A DNA stretch of 64,000 nt from Hyphochytrium catenoides (GCA_900088475.1 FLMG01001436.1:1-64000), one strand, 5' to 3'. Counted from the stretch's first letter, positions 44,862-56,597 are shown. Translations and numbers: made by a program. The notes: generated by a model not told the origin, from the letters alone.

Positions 44862-47800
44862 ATGGCGTCGTCTAGCACGGAATTCGTAATAAGCAGAGAG
44901 CTACGGGGACATGAGGGTGCGGTAGGTGATCTCATATTCTTTTGTAAGCCCTGAAATCTGCTTACCTTTGTTCAAAACACGTGTTTGCCTCGGGGAAGGT
45001 ACGGGCGATCTGTCAGTCTCCCGCTGGCCATGTTGTCACCGGATCCATGGATTGCTCGGTGCGCTTCTGGAAACTCGAGAATGACTCTTCGTTGGTGAGG
45101 TTTCACACAGCGTGATTTCGCTGCTTTAGTGGCTGCTTTGGTACCTTGCAAGTATATAAACACATCTCTCTTCCTATTTGCTGCTTCTCTCATGATAATT
45201 TGACTTTGGAGGTAGATAGGCAGTCTTACAAGTCAGAAGGAGGGCGAGGTGGCGTCCAGCCTAACTCTCTATGAGCATTGGCACTGGGTTACAGCCTTGA
45301 CCTCAATGCCCCCAGGGGTCCTCCCAGACTGTCCGGAGGGAGGCATTGTCTCGGGCAGCATGGACAACATGATTCGCATCTATTCATTAGAGGGAACCTT
45401 GGTAAGAGAGCTTGTAGGACACATCAAGGGCGTGATCTCACTTAGCTGGACCTTGGACGGTAAGCATCCTACCTTACTCTAGCCCAAATTTAGGAGAGAT
45501 AGAGAGAACCAGTGACCTGTAGCAGGACTCTCATGTCGCTGTACTGGCAGGTAACCTAATTTCCGGTTCATGGGACGAGAGTGCGAGGATTTGGGACGTG
45601 AAGACCGCCACATGTCTAGCTACCCTGGAAGGTCATGAGAATGGAGTCTGTGTCCTAGGGCTGAGTGACGGAAACATTGCCACGGGAAGCACAGGCCGAC
45701 AGGAGGGGGACAGTATTGTGGACTATCAGATAAGAATATGGAAGGATTTCAAGGTGGTGAAGTCTGTCAGAGACCATCAGGGAGCCATACGGCAGCTGGT
45801 TATGGTTCCAGGTATAAGTTCGATCCCACAATCGTCTCCATGTTAGTACTTCTCTGCAGCTAACAGTCTCCCTGCACCGGACTTCATGCAATAATCTCTC
45901 CTGCTGTTCGGCCAGGCTCTTTGTCGTCATGCTAAGCCTTACACTATTGGACTTCCTAAAGCTTCTCAGTCTGGCCTTGCGCTCAAGCACTTGTTGGTCT
46001 GTCCTTGTCGCACCTGTCCTTCGAGTTCCTGATTGGCATTTCCCTAGTACTCACTGACAACATTCGTTCCCAGGATTTGGGTTCTTGTCGTGCTCTAATG
46101 ATGGCACAATTCGTCTTCGAAGTAATGATGGNNNNNNNNNNNNNNNNNNNNNNNNNNNNNNNNNNNNNNNNNNNNNNNNNNNNNNNNNNNAGATTAAGTT
46201 CTGGCGAGCTAGTGGCAGCTACGGATGAGGGCTCCGCAGTTATCTGGAGCCCAGATGGTAGTGCATTGCCCTTCACAACTCGATATCCATACGCAATTTA
46301 ACTCTATGACTACAACTTCTCTTGAAACGCCAAGGAACCGTGCTTCAGATTATTGGGCACCCAGCGGGTCTCTGGTGTGTTGCGAGCCTGGCGAATGGGG
46401 ATTTCGTGACAGGTTGTGAGGACAAGGTACTCCTCTCGCCTTAAGAATTGTCAAATGTTTTTTCATCCGTCCTTCTTTCCTACCCGCTATCACTCTGTAT
46501 CCTTCAATCTTTATGACAACGTCCAGACACCTCTTTGTTGGTTGATGTTTATTATCAGAGTAGCTGGGTGAAGATTGCCATCGCTCGTTTAGGTGGCGAG
46601 AGTCTTTACTAGAGAGCCGGTCCGTGGCGCTCCCGACAGTTTACGTGAAGCCTTTAATCGGGCAGTGCTAGATGCCCAGACTGCCAGAGAGCGCGCGGGC
46701 CAAAGTGTGGACGTCAGCACCCTAAAGAAATACGATAACCGCTTTTCATATTCAGGTACAGGCCTGCTCCAATTGCTTAGCCCTAGATGACCATTGCTCT
46801 ACATACTTTTTGGGTTGTTCCGGGTCTCTACGTTGAGGGTAAAACATGCTTGATTCCCTTGGACGTGATGTGTCGGTGAGCAGACGCATGGTGCACTGCT
46901 TTTCGTCATGAGATTGTGTCAGAGCTTCAAGTACCTTCCCCTGATCCTCTGGATTTCACCTGACCTTTTCGCCTCTGCAACAAAGGCAAGAGAGACGGGG
47001 CCGTACAAATGTTTGACCGCGAAGGAAAGGCTTGGGCCTGTAGTTGGAACTCTGCTTCCAAAACGTGGATAGACATTGGGGAGGTGACTGGTACCGGAAG
47101 TGGCGGCGTTGTCGACGGAGAGTCCTTTGACATGGTTATACCAGTAGAGATTGAAGACCCTGCCACTGGAGGAGTGCGGAAGCTGGAAATTGGGTAAATG
47201 GATTGAGTTAGAAGGCGATATACTATGCCTCTGGTTATTGCATAACGATCTCTCTTATTACCTTTGCTGTCCATCGCCATCTAGTGTCGTCCCTTCCGTT
47301 ATTCCCAGCTAGTCCCTGCCTCAATACACCGTGTATTCCGCGATGTCTTGCCCAGCTTTAGTAGAGGCACTAATACTTCTTAAGCTATAACCAGTCCGAC
47401 AACCCCTTCCAAGCGGCTCAGGATTTCATTAACAAGAACAATCTGAACCAGGCATATCTGCAGCAGGTAGAGTGAGGAATCTTCTTCCGTCCACTTTCCA
47501 ACCCCTTGTAGCCTTCCTCTTATCGCCTTCAGGAGCTCTTCCCTCACCATCTGAGAGAACCGCTCTCGTGCTACACCATGTAACGAGGAGACTGACAAAT
47601 CATGACGCTACAGATTGCGGATTACATCATACAGCGATCCAAGAACTATCAGGCNNNNNNNNNNNNNNNNNNNNNNNNNNNNNNNNNNNNNNNNNNNNNN
47701 NNNNNNNNNNNNNNNNNNNNCATTATGCTTCTACTTAGCGGATCTCCCACAGGGCCATCACTCCCGTCTCTGGAGCATATTCCTCCCAAACCAGAAGTCT

Positions 47801-48615
47801 ACTTCGTCTTCGATGCCATCAAGCTTGAGCCAGCTCTTCAGAAGATAATAGAGCTTAACAAATCCAGCCCCCCACCTCCAGTCGTGCTGACGGAAGACCA
47901 GCTTACCACACTCAAGGACACAGTTGATGTTCTTCAGGCGACATCGCGATGGCATGCTTCAGAATTTAGCGGACAACAGGTTAACGTACTCGCGGTTCTG
48001 GCTCTCCAGTGGCCTTTGGAAAAGCTGTTCCCCGTAGTGGACCTCCTGCGAGTTCTTGCAATTCATCCTCAAGGAGCGGCGACGCTTGTTAGTCATCCCT
48101 CAAACTTATTGCAAAGGATTGTCTCCCTTTCACAGGAGACAGAAGCCCCCATGGCCATTTCTTTACTCTCCCTAAGAGTCCTGGCCAATCTCTTTTCGAA
48201 CGGGAAATCAAGGCCAGAGGTCCTCGCAAGTGTCTCTAGATCGGAATATCTAATTTCCATAAGGCACTTGTCAAGTCATCCCAACAAGAATGTGCGCCTC
48301 TCTCTAGCTACTCTGCTCTTCAACATGAGCATCGCTGTTAAGGAGAGTGGGAAAGAAGATCACATGCTCACGCAGAAGGAAATGCTTTCGCTTGCAAGTT
48401 CTACAATCCGGAACTCACGTGAAGATGAAGACATCATCTATCGCTCAACAGTAGCGATAGGGACGTCTTTCTACTATAATGGCCCGTGCCCTGAAGAGCT
48501 GCAGAGCGAATTGTTGGCGCTAACAGAACTGGTCGAGGGCCTAGGCGGTTCTTCCAGATTGCAGGGAGTGTGCCAGGATTTGCGAGCTTTGACAAACTAT
48601 TTGAGCAGAAGATGA
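44862..48615 (+). CDS. PLAA: Phospholipase A2-activating protein / Doa1 / Ufd3 (WD40-PFU-PUL; Cdc48/p97 cofactor), multi-exon
   Basis: MASSSTEFVISRELRGHEGA|VRAI, WD40 repeats (SGSMDNMIRIY, SGSWDESARIW, LEGHENGV), PFU domain (WIDIGEV, FDMVIPVEIED, YNQSDNPFQAAQDFINKNNL) and PUL domain (QWPLEKLFPVVDLLRVL, LRVLANLF, NKNVRLSLATLLFN, YRSTVAIGT). Confidence 0.95.
46132..46190. other. Assembly gap (N run) inside PLAA
   Basis: Run of N. Confidence 1.
47655..47720. other. Assembly gap (N run) inside PLAA
   Basis: Run of N. Confidence 1.
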
Positions 48616-48861
48616 GAAAAGAATTAAATCAAGGCAAAGTAACGACATCACTGATCCTTAAACTATCGAGCAGTGCTAAAATTGTGAGCCTTTTGTTGAT
48701 CCTTTGGCCAACCTTCAGTCTCTGCATATTCGCGCTCCTGCAACAGCAAACCAGAGAGATTGACAGCTGCCAGCACCATCAACTAGCCTTAAGAATATTT
48801 GACGAGCTATAATCTGCCACGCTATGGCACTTGAAGTGTTCTGGCCGTCCCGGACCTAGAG

Positions 48862-50265
48862 TTAGTCAAGCTCCTCTACCCTCTTTCCTGCCCACGACTC
48901 ATCAGGAGCAATGGCAGAGACTAGGGCCTCGACCTCTTCTACGAGCATGCTGTGACTAACCTCTTTGGCGACTAACTGTGCACGCAGAGTAGAGACTTCA
49001 GCTCTTTGCTGGCGCTTTAACTGCCGTTCCAGGGCTTGAAAGCGGCTATAGGTCCGTAGATGCTGCTTTTCTCGCTGCTCCGCCTCCGCTGTCAGTCTTC
49101 GGTTCTGCTCCTGTTCCACCTTGAGCCGCTCTCTTAGGTCCGCTTCCGTATACATCAATGAAGAGATGGTTTTTTGGAGGCAGAGAATTGCGTCCCCGTC
49201 TTCCTGTCTACTAGCCCTTTCCGCCATTAGCTGCCTTCGAAGGTCGATGATCTCCGCTTCGCTGGACTCCAAGGAAATGCCCAACAGATCCGTCTGTGAC
49301 CAATCGTCTCGGTTCCCGACGGCCATCGAAAGGCTTTCAGAGTGCATCGCCGGATATTTTTTCTGTAAAGCGAGAGAGAGAACCAGCAGCTTGAGCTCCT
49401 CTATTTCCATCGAGTGTGCTCGGAGTTTCGTTTCCATAGTTCCATTGGCGAAGCGGAGTCGGCGAAGGGCTTGGCGCAGACGCGCTACTTCAGTCCTTAG
49501 TCTCTGCTCTGGCTCTTCGTCTTCTTCGATTGCATCTCCACGTCCTCCCTCACTACCACTCTCTTCGCCCTTTTCATCCTCCGCACCCTGGCTTGCGCTA
49601 TATTCACTATCATTATTCCAATCCTCACCAGCGCTGTTCTGGTCGCCGCTCTCCTTTTCTTCTTCTTCATTACATCTCTCGCTAGCCTCTCGCTCTTGCG
49701 TCTCTTCATTACTATCTCTCTCAACCTCTGTCTGACCTCTCTCCCCTGAGTAAACATCGACTTCACATCGACGACCCACGGTCTCTGGCTTTTGTCGTTG
49801 GTCTTGTTGGAGTCGCTCAATCGCCTTGTAAGTCTGTTTGTAACGATGCTTTTTGTGACCTTTGCCTTCCTTGCCTGTTCCCGAGCTCCGATTTGCTTTC
49901 TTTTGTGCCATCGGCTCTCCCTGTCCTCTGCATGTCACTCTTTCTTTTCCCTTGCCAGGAACACTAGGTCCCATATTCGGCCTTTCTGTAAGCGGTGCGG
50001 TGAAATTCTCCTGTACGCGGAACAGCAAGCATACAAGGACTGAAGGACTCATTAGGAGAGTTGGAAGACCTATCGCCCATCTGTACCACTGACTGAAGAT
50101 TGAGAGGACCATGATGGCCATCATCCAGCAGTCGATCATGCTGCTGACTTTGGATGCGGTGGCAGTGGCATACTGCTTGCAGTCGACGATGAGTAGAGCA
50201 ATGCATATGACTTCGGGCATATGATGATGCGAACACAGAAAGTCGCTGCGGATAAGGAGTGACAT
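48862..50265 (-). CDS. Intronless protein with hydrophobic N-terminal segments, a basic/acidic linker and a long C-terminal coiled coil (possibly macoilin-like)
   Basis: Uninterrupted 467-codon ORF with a heptad-rich C-terminal half. The true start codon is uncertain. Confidence 0.7.
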   Translation of the reverse strand: MSLLIRSDFLCSHHHMPEVICIALLIVDCKQYATATASKVSSMIDCWMMAIMVLSIFSQWYRWAIGLPTLLMSPSVLVCLLFRVQENFTAPLTERPNMGPSVPGKGKERVTCRGQGEPMAQKKANRSSGTGKEGKGHKKHRYKQTYKAIERLQQDQRQKPETVGRRCEVDVYSGERGQTEVERDSNEETQEREASERCNEEEEKESGDQNSAGEDWNNDSEYSASQGAEDEKGEESGSEGGRGDAIEEDEEPEQRLRTEVARLRQALRRLRFANGTMETKLRAHSMEIEELKLLVLSLALQKKYPAMHSESLSMAVGNRDDWSQTDLLGISLESSEAEIIDLRRQLMAERASRQEDGDAILCLQKTISSLMYTEADLRERLKVEQEQNRRLTAEAEQREKQHLRTYSRFQALERQLKRQQRAEVSTLRAQLVAKEVSHSMLVEEVEALVSAIAPDESWAGKRVEELD

Positions 50266-51563
50266 CGGATCTTTGGTAGACGCTAAGAGGAGGGGGATTC
50301 CGAGATGTGCTTGGCAGGTTGAACTGTCTATATGCTGGTGGCGCTGTGCTCGGCAGAGCTTCGGCTCAACGCTAGGAATACTCTGACTCCCTTATCTCTT
50401 CCTGAACTCGCCCACACTCTCGACCGCTCTGTATCTCTGGCACACACCCCACAGAGGTCTCCTAGTCCTTGTTCGCTCTATCTGCGGAGTTTGTCTCTCT
50501 TTCTTTAGGTCGTTAACCTGTCTCTTTCACGAAGAGATATTGGTTCAAGTGTCCACGTGTTGGAATATTTAATATACGCACAGAAATCCAGGCAGGATGA
50601 CTCTAACATGGGCACTCGGTAGTCGTCCTTCCTTACAACCTTTACATACTGAGCTATTCTAATCAGTTAGTACTCCTCCTAAGCAGCAGCAGCAAGGAGA
50701 AGTACGAGTCAACAATCCTTTCGCGTGGGGGGAAGAAGTGGCGTGAGCCATCATATAAAGAGCAAGAGCGTTCTGCCATAACGCTCTCTTCTATCGTCGT
50801 TTGGCCTCGGACTGCCTACCTGCTTCATAACTAGGCGAACCCCATCCAACTAGCACGGGGACCTCTGAAGTCAACCACGGTTGCATAGTGACTAACTAAG
50901 ACTAGCCAGAAGCTTCGGACTGGAGGAGGTAGATGGACCACGGGATTGCAGGCGCCAGGCAGAGGAGAAGGGTCCAGAGGTGTCAAGAGAGCAGCTCTGA
51001 TGATTGAGTGAAGGTGAAAGGATGGGCCTGCGGCTGGTGGTGACGGTACAGCTGTGACCTTTGACAGCTTCTGACCTCTCTGTCACGATAAATCCAAGTC
51101 TAATGGAGTTCTGCCTATAAATGCTTACTTATACTTGTACACACATGAAAGCAGGAGGCATTGGTACCGACCGGTACTTGTAGATCTGTACTTACAGTAC
51201 TTGTGCTTGCCATAAGGTATCTCCGTTAGCGGCTCTCTGGCTTCTGATGTTTGTTGAGCTTCTGATGTGAGTGAGAGGAAGGATCAACGCCGAAGAAAAA
51301 CCTTCAGATAGAACGAGAGAAGCAAGCTCCAAGGCTTGTCGCGGGCTGTCAGGGCAGACCAAAGCAGTGGCAGAACCATCATCAATCGGGTCTTCCGCTA
51401 ACTGTCGCCCTCAAACTAGCTATCTCACATGGCAGCATTCTAGTAAAGGCTTTAGCTGGTCGGGTCAGCCCGGCGTTGCGTCTGCTGGTTGTGCATCCAA
51501 TTCGGTGTTTCGCATGAGTTAGGAGGATCGGGTCATTGTTAGCTGTGGTTGGGTTAAAGACGA

Positions 51564-53306
51564 ATGAGCTCTCACCAGGATATCACCTGCGATCACTGCC
51601 ACCAGAAGCCTATTGTGGGTACGCGCTTTAAGTGCGGAAACTGTCCTGACTATGATCTCTGTGAACGCTGCATTCCCAGTGCGAGAAGCATTCACGATGC
51701 TTCTCACTGTTTCCTCTATCTTGACCGCCCCACGCCACTGAGGTTGCCTGCACCAGCGCTCTCCATTGAGTTCTACCCACCAGCCCAAACTCTGCATATG
51801 GCTAAGCCCGCCCCTCAGGCAAACGTCCGGAATTCAGCTGCTTTTTCCTATCAGGCTCCAGCGCCACTTGCCACGGGACATCACAGCTCTTCGCTCTCCT
51901 TCATTGACAGAGGTCAAGCGTCCTCTGTTAATCCGCGGAGTTACACCTTAAGATCCCTAGCACCGCAAGATCTGTCTGCGGTCGTTACCAGTTCAACATT
52001 AGCTTCCTCTGTACGAAGATTCGCCCTTCGCCTCCTGCACCAACTATCGCAGCCACATCAGAGGCCGAGGCCACCGCAAGAATCTTTCATTGTCTCTCCT
52101 CTGAGTATCTGGCTTGCTCTAGGAGTCATGGCTTTGGGCGCAAGAGGTCAAACCTACAAAGAAATGTCTTCGGCTTTATACTTTGGAAATTCTAAGGCGG
52201 TGCAACAGTCTTCACTCTCAGAAGTCGAGAGAGAGTGCACAAAGGAAGATATAATTGTCTATGTGCGGGCTATCAAGGGGCGGTATGCCCCTTTGAGCTC
52301 AGCCAACCAGAGTTCGGCACTATCTCTGCGCTTGGACACTGCAACTGCTTTTATTGCTCCAGATACATTTCCCATATCTATGCACTTTCGGGACGAGGTC
52401 TGTGACAAAGCTTTTGGGGCAGAGATATTCCAGGGCCGAGGAGTCCTGCAGCCCAACATTGTCAACACTTGGGTCTCCTCTCGCACCAAGGGTCTTATCC
52501 CTTCTCTGCTTGAAGGGCCTCTCCATATAGAAACAGCCTTTGTCATTCTAAATGCGGTCTATTTGAAGGGAAAGTGGAGGCACCCCTTCCCAAAGCGCAA
52601 CACACATTCATCCATATTCTACCCGCAAAACCCGGCCATGTCGACTGTAGGCGGTAAAGATTGTCAGATGATGTACCAAGAAAGCGCATCCTTGTCCTAC
52701 TTTGAGACTGAGGCCGTCCAAGCCCTCCGTCTGCCTTACATTAGCACAACAGACTCGCAAGGTGACTTCGGCCAATCTCTTCCGTCCGTTATTGCTTACC
52801 CTCCTCATTTGAGTGCCGTTGTTCTCCTGCCCAAGCCTCCGCATTCTGTATGTGCTCTGCTGGAAATCTTGCAATCCGACTCTACCGCCTACACCGAGGT
52901 CCTCGCTGGACTTCGGGTTGAACAAGGAGAAGAGAAATCACTGGTTCAGCTTTGGCTTCCTAAGTTTGAAGCTAGATATCGGACAACCTTGAGAGATCCC
53001 TTAACAAGGATGGGCATGGCTGAGGCGTTCCACCACTCTGCAGACTTCTCAGACATGCTAAACCCGGTCAATATAGGGGACGAGAGGGCAGCTCTGGGTA
53101 TTGGAGAGATTATCCACGAAGCGTATATTAACGTCGACGAGGAGGGAACTGAGGCCGCAGCTGCGACTGCAGTTGTTTGCTTTGGAGCGGCGGCTCCACG
53201 CACTCCTCCTCGAACGGTAAAGATGCGGATAGACCATCCCTTTTTATTCCTTGTAGTGGATGATGATACGGGAGATGTATTGTTTGGTGGGCTCATGAGG
53301 TTGTAA
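51564..53306 (+). CDS. Intronless ZZ-type zinc finger-serpin fusion protein (580 aa)
   Basis: N-terminal ZZ domain CDHCHQKPIVGTRFKCGNCPDYDLCERC...H...H. Serpin core IVSPLSIWLALGVMALGARGQT, VNTWVSSRTKGLIPSLL, ILNAVYLKGKWRHPF, LWLPKFE, ADFSDM, IIHEAYINVDEEGTEAAAATAV and MRIDHPFLFLV. Confidence 0.95.
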   Translation: MSSHQDITCDHCHQKPIVGTRFKCGNCPDYDLCERCIPSARSIHDASHCFLYLDRPTPLRLPAPALSIEFYPPAQTLHMAKPAPQANVRNSAAFSYQAPAPLATGHHSSSLSFIDRGQASSVNPRSYTLRSLAPQDLSAVVTSSTLASSVRRFALRLLHQLSQPHQRPRPPQESFIVSPLSIWLALGVMALGARGQTYKEMSSALYFGNSKAVQQSSLSEVERECTKEDIIVYVRAIKGRYAPLSSANQSSALSLRLDTATAFIAPDTFPISMHFRDEVCDKAFGAEIFQGRGVLQPNIVNTWVSSRTKGLIPSLLEGPLHIETAFVILNAVYLKGKWRHPFPKRNTHSSIFYPQNPAMSTVGGKDCQMMYQESASLSYFETEAVQALRLPYISTTDSQGDFGQSLPSVIAYPPHLSAVVLLPKPPHSVCALLEILQSDSTAYTEVLAGLRVEQGEEKSLVQLWLPKFEARYRTTLRDPLTRMGMAEAFHHSADFSDMLNPVNIGDERAALGIGEIIHEAYINVDEEGTEAAAATAVVCFGAAAPRTPPRTVKMRIDHPFLFLVVDDDTGDVLFGGLMRL

Positions 53307-53934
53307 CGCGGAAACAGCTTCTGACACCGACTAAAAGACGCAGACTACAATGGTTGATAGTGAAAGGCTGAGCTGAAGCAATCGGCTAGACAAGAGCCGC
53401 GTCTCCTTCTTGGAGTTTTGCCGTGACGTGGGTTCATTGATCAGAAGCCAACCTAGGTTCAATATTCTCGCTTGGAAGACAGTCGGTGGTTGTACTGGAT
53501 TAAAGCTGATAGTGAAGGATGAGTCCGAAGTGCCAGGAACTGTGTAGTCTGAAGTGTCAGATAGTGGTCTTCCACAGCCGTGGAGAGATGTCTCAGCAAA
53601 GTCAAGGTCTAGACGCGGTAAAGTTACGCAAGCCCCTTCGGAGAAGTGGTGATGGCTCGGTATTGGGGAAGCCCTTCTTCTTTCGTCTGTAGGCAGCCTC
53701 AAGGGTCAAAAGCATAGAAGCGACCGTTGCAGCATCGGCAATCCCATCTCCAACAAAAGTACTGCCCGTTTGGTCAGCGACGCCTGTTAAGCTGTTGATA
53801 GCCAACCTCCTCAACCATTTTGTAATGATATCTGGGGTGGACTCCGGGCAAAGCCCATGACGTTACGCCGACCGGGAAGGATAGCTGTGACCACCACCAT
53901 TCTTAGCAGCAGATATTGTGCATTGAGTAACGTC

Positions 53935-56597
53935 TCAATCCTCAGCGAGGTCTTCGTCGCCCAAAAGGATTGGCTTTTTCCATTGGGCCTCCCTAGTCCG
54001 CTTGTGATAGTAATAGTAACGCCCAGATTCCTTATCAAAGACTTTGTCGTAGGTCTGTCGGACGAGCTGTCGGGCATCAGTTTGGGCCTTCCGCATCCGG
54101 CACAAAGACTGAATCTGCTTCCAGACGACTTTCAGATACAAGACTGATGATGTGGCTGAATCAGTGCTTGGACTCAAGCATTCTTACCTTTGCAGCGGCT
54201 GTGTCAGTGTTCAGCTCCACCATCTGGCTCTTCCGACTCTTTTTGGCTTTCAGGTTTTCCTGTAGCTGAAAGTCTTCGATGTCCAGGTTGCGGAAGACCT
54301 TCGGTTTCTCCCAGGTCGACTAACGGGGGATGATAAGTCCAATAATCGAGAGTCGTTAGAAGAGGGCCCAGGCTTAAGAGATATAAAGAAATATGTAAAG
54401 CAGCACATCTTAATCAGCAAGAGATCTACCCTCCCCAGCGTGTTCGTTGACACTGCCCTTACCTCCTTCGTCTTCGCATTGTAGTAGTAAAACAGGCCCG
54501 TTCTTGGATCTTTTAGCTTTTGAAAGGAGGAACTGTAAGGGTAGGAGGGGCATCATATAGAGGAGCGTCCAGCGATAAGTCTCAAGCCAGCAGAACAATC
54601 GCGTTAAACACGGAGTACAAACGCACCAGAGCAATCTCCGAAACTTCGTTTTTGCTAAGTTTCCTTCCAGAGCCGAGACTATTTTCCTGAAGCCAATGTT
54701 TGGGAATGATGAGAACACGACAGAGAAAGAGAGACAATGCCCGCAAGTCACGGAGTCACGAAGAAGTGCCGCAAACTGGCATAAAGAATCCGTACAAAGG
54801 AACTGAGTGATGCCTCTAACTCTGGAGATAGAAGTAGAAGGCCGAATCTTCCCTACCTGACCGCCAGTTCTGGATTTTTTACGAGGAAGAGGTAACGTGC
54901 TTGTCGTTGAGGGTTAAAGTATCTCAGATGCGCTATGCCCCGAGGCCTTGCCCACTGGGACTTGCCTGTTTTAATGCTATAGAAATATTCTGGCGTTCCT
55001 CGTTCAGCGTTAGCCGGGACACACTGATAAGTTTGAAGAAGGAGACGCAGTCGCTCACGATAGGCTGTCTTTTTTCTGTAGAGGCATTGAATCATCACAG
55101 CCGCTCGGTTGTAGTCCGATGCTCCCAAAGGGTAGCGGAAGAGAGAGATGTTACTAGTCCCCGGTCTCAGAGGTGGTCTCTTGGAGGAGTTGGAGATAGA
55201 GGACAGACTGGCATCAGTCTGAGCCGTAGTGGCTCGTGCGGGCGGCTCTCTAGCTTCATTGGGTGTTGACGTTCCCTCTGGCAATGGTGGTGGAAGGTCT
55301 TGGCTAACACCCGTCAGACCCTTCATTATGCTTCACATAGAGAGAACACCGATTTCAATAGACATAGACAGATGAAGGGTGAGGGGTAAGCATCGCCTCT
55401 GTGAGCGATTCAGTGGTAAATACAAGCACTTGCTTCATACCGTAGGCTTTCCTCTGCCTTATACATTTTCGCTAGTGCCTGTCTAACAGCCTCAGTGTTT
55501 TGTTTGAGCTCTTTTTCCAGGGACTTGGCCCTGCTGTTTGAGGAAGTGAGAATTCGAAGCCTGACCGACCCTCTGCTCTTAAGTATGCGCATGTCGCCTT
55601 TCTCCATCACCTCCCTCACTTCAGCCGTTAGGGCTTGCACCTTCTGCACAGCTTCAACTCTAGTCTCGACTTGTTCCCTGCAGAGAAAGGAAGAGCGACA
55701 TCTACTTAGGCCCAAATGGGGTACCCATGATCGTTTTGTATGCGACAGCGTACCGCTTAGACTTTCCGAGTCCAGACTCGCGCCACTCTTCAGTCTCTGT
55801 GAGAGGGCGAAAGATCGCCAGTTCACATTAGCTAAGTAACACATAACTAGAAAGCTGAAGAGATATTGGGTCAAGCGAGAGATCGTGGAGAGCTAAATGA
55901 CGCTTGTGCCAGCTTAGAAAACGTGGAACGCTTCTTACTGAGTTCTACTCTCACTTACCATCAACGTCCACCCAGCGATGTGGTTGGCGATGCCATGGAT
56001 GACACTTTATAAAGCAGTCCTCACAGCAGAAACCTTTCGTTTTGGGCTGAAGCCTAAGAAGGGAGAATAACACTCATTAGGGTCATGTGGCCTATCTTGA
56101 TAAGCACCGGCAGGTAGCTTACTCTGCACAGCTAAAGCATTTCCTAGATGCAGGCTTTCCCTCACAGGTTACCCGCATGCTACAGAGAATCTAGGGATGG
56201 GATCATAGAAGGTTAGCCTTTGAGCTCAACCTTCAGAAAACACGCTAATGCAAGGGTGATGTAGCAGTCTTGAAGAGTTCAAGAGATATATGAGTTATTT
56301 CTCGAAGAGTTCAAGAGGTATATGAGACTGACTTACCAGCTGTGGCTGTTCATCAAGACCCGCGGGATTGAGCTTGGGCAACTTTCCCGGATCCGTCTTT
56401 TTACTCTCAGCAGTTAGGACTCTGCCAGCCTGGAGTGGTCTCCGGCGAGATATGGGTCTCCGAGAACTATGCTTGATAAACGCAAGAGGCTGTGGCAACG
56501 CTTCTTCTGGCCAAAGCGGATAGACTGAAATGGAACCATCCGCTTCATAGTCTCCCTCAGAGGGAGCAATCATCACAGGGAGCTCCTCCAGCGCCAT
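53935..56597 (-). CDS. B-box-like zinc finger, coiled coil and tandem IQ/WW-domain protein, multi-exon (5' end uncertain, may extend to 56804)
   Basis: Spliced CEGKPASRKCFSCAE|LQPKTKGFCCEDCFIKCHPWHRQPHRW. IQ motifs AAVMIQCLYRKKTAYR and AAAK|IQSLCRMRKAQ. WW-like units YFYSIKTGKSQWARP, FYYYNAKTKE|STWEKP and YYYYHKRTREAQWKKP. Confidence 0.8.

Noticed and set aside
49121-49735. Long antisense ORFs over the coiled-coil gene, and similar ones over TOR, SEC23 and the serpin
   Set aside because: These are shadow ORFs of real coding strands with no independent protein features.
12295-53306. Functional cluster of proteostasis and autophagy genes (TOR, SEC23, PLAA, ZZ-serpin)
   Set aside because: These genes are interspersed with unrelated ones on both strands. 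Eukaryotic neighbourhood alone is not evidence without conserved synteny or co-expression.
53331-53814. Minus-strand ORFs as possible extra exons of the IQ/WW gene
   Set aside because: The third WW exon ends in an in-frame TGA at 53935 with no suitable donor, so these ORFs probably lie in 3' UTR.
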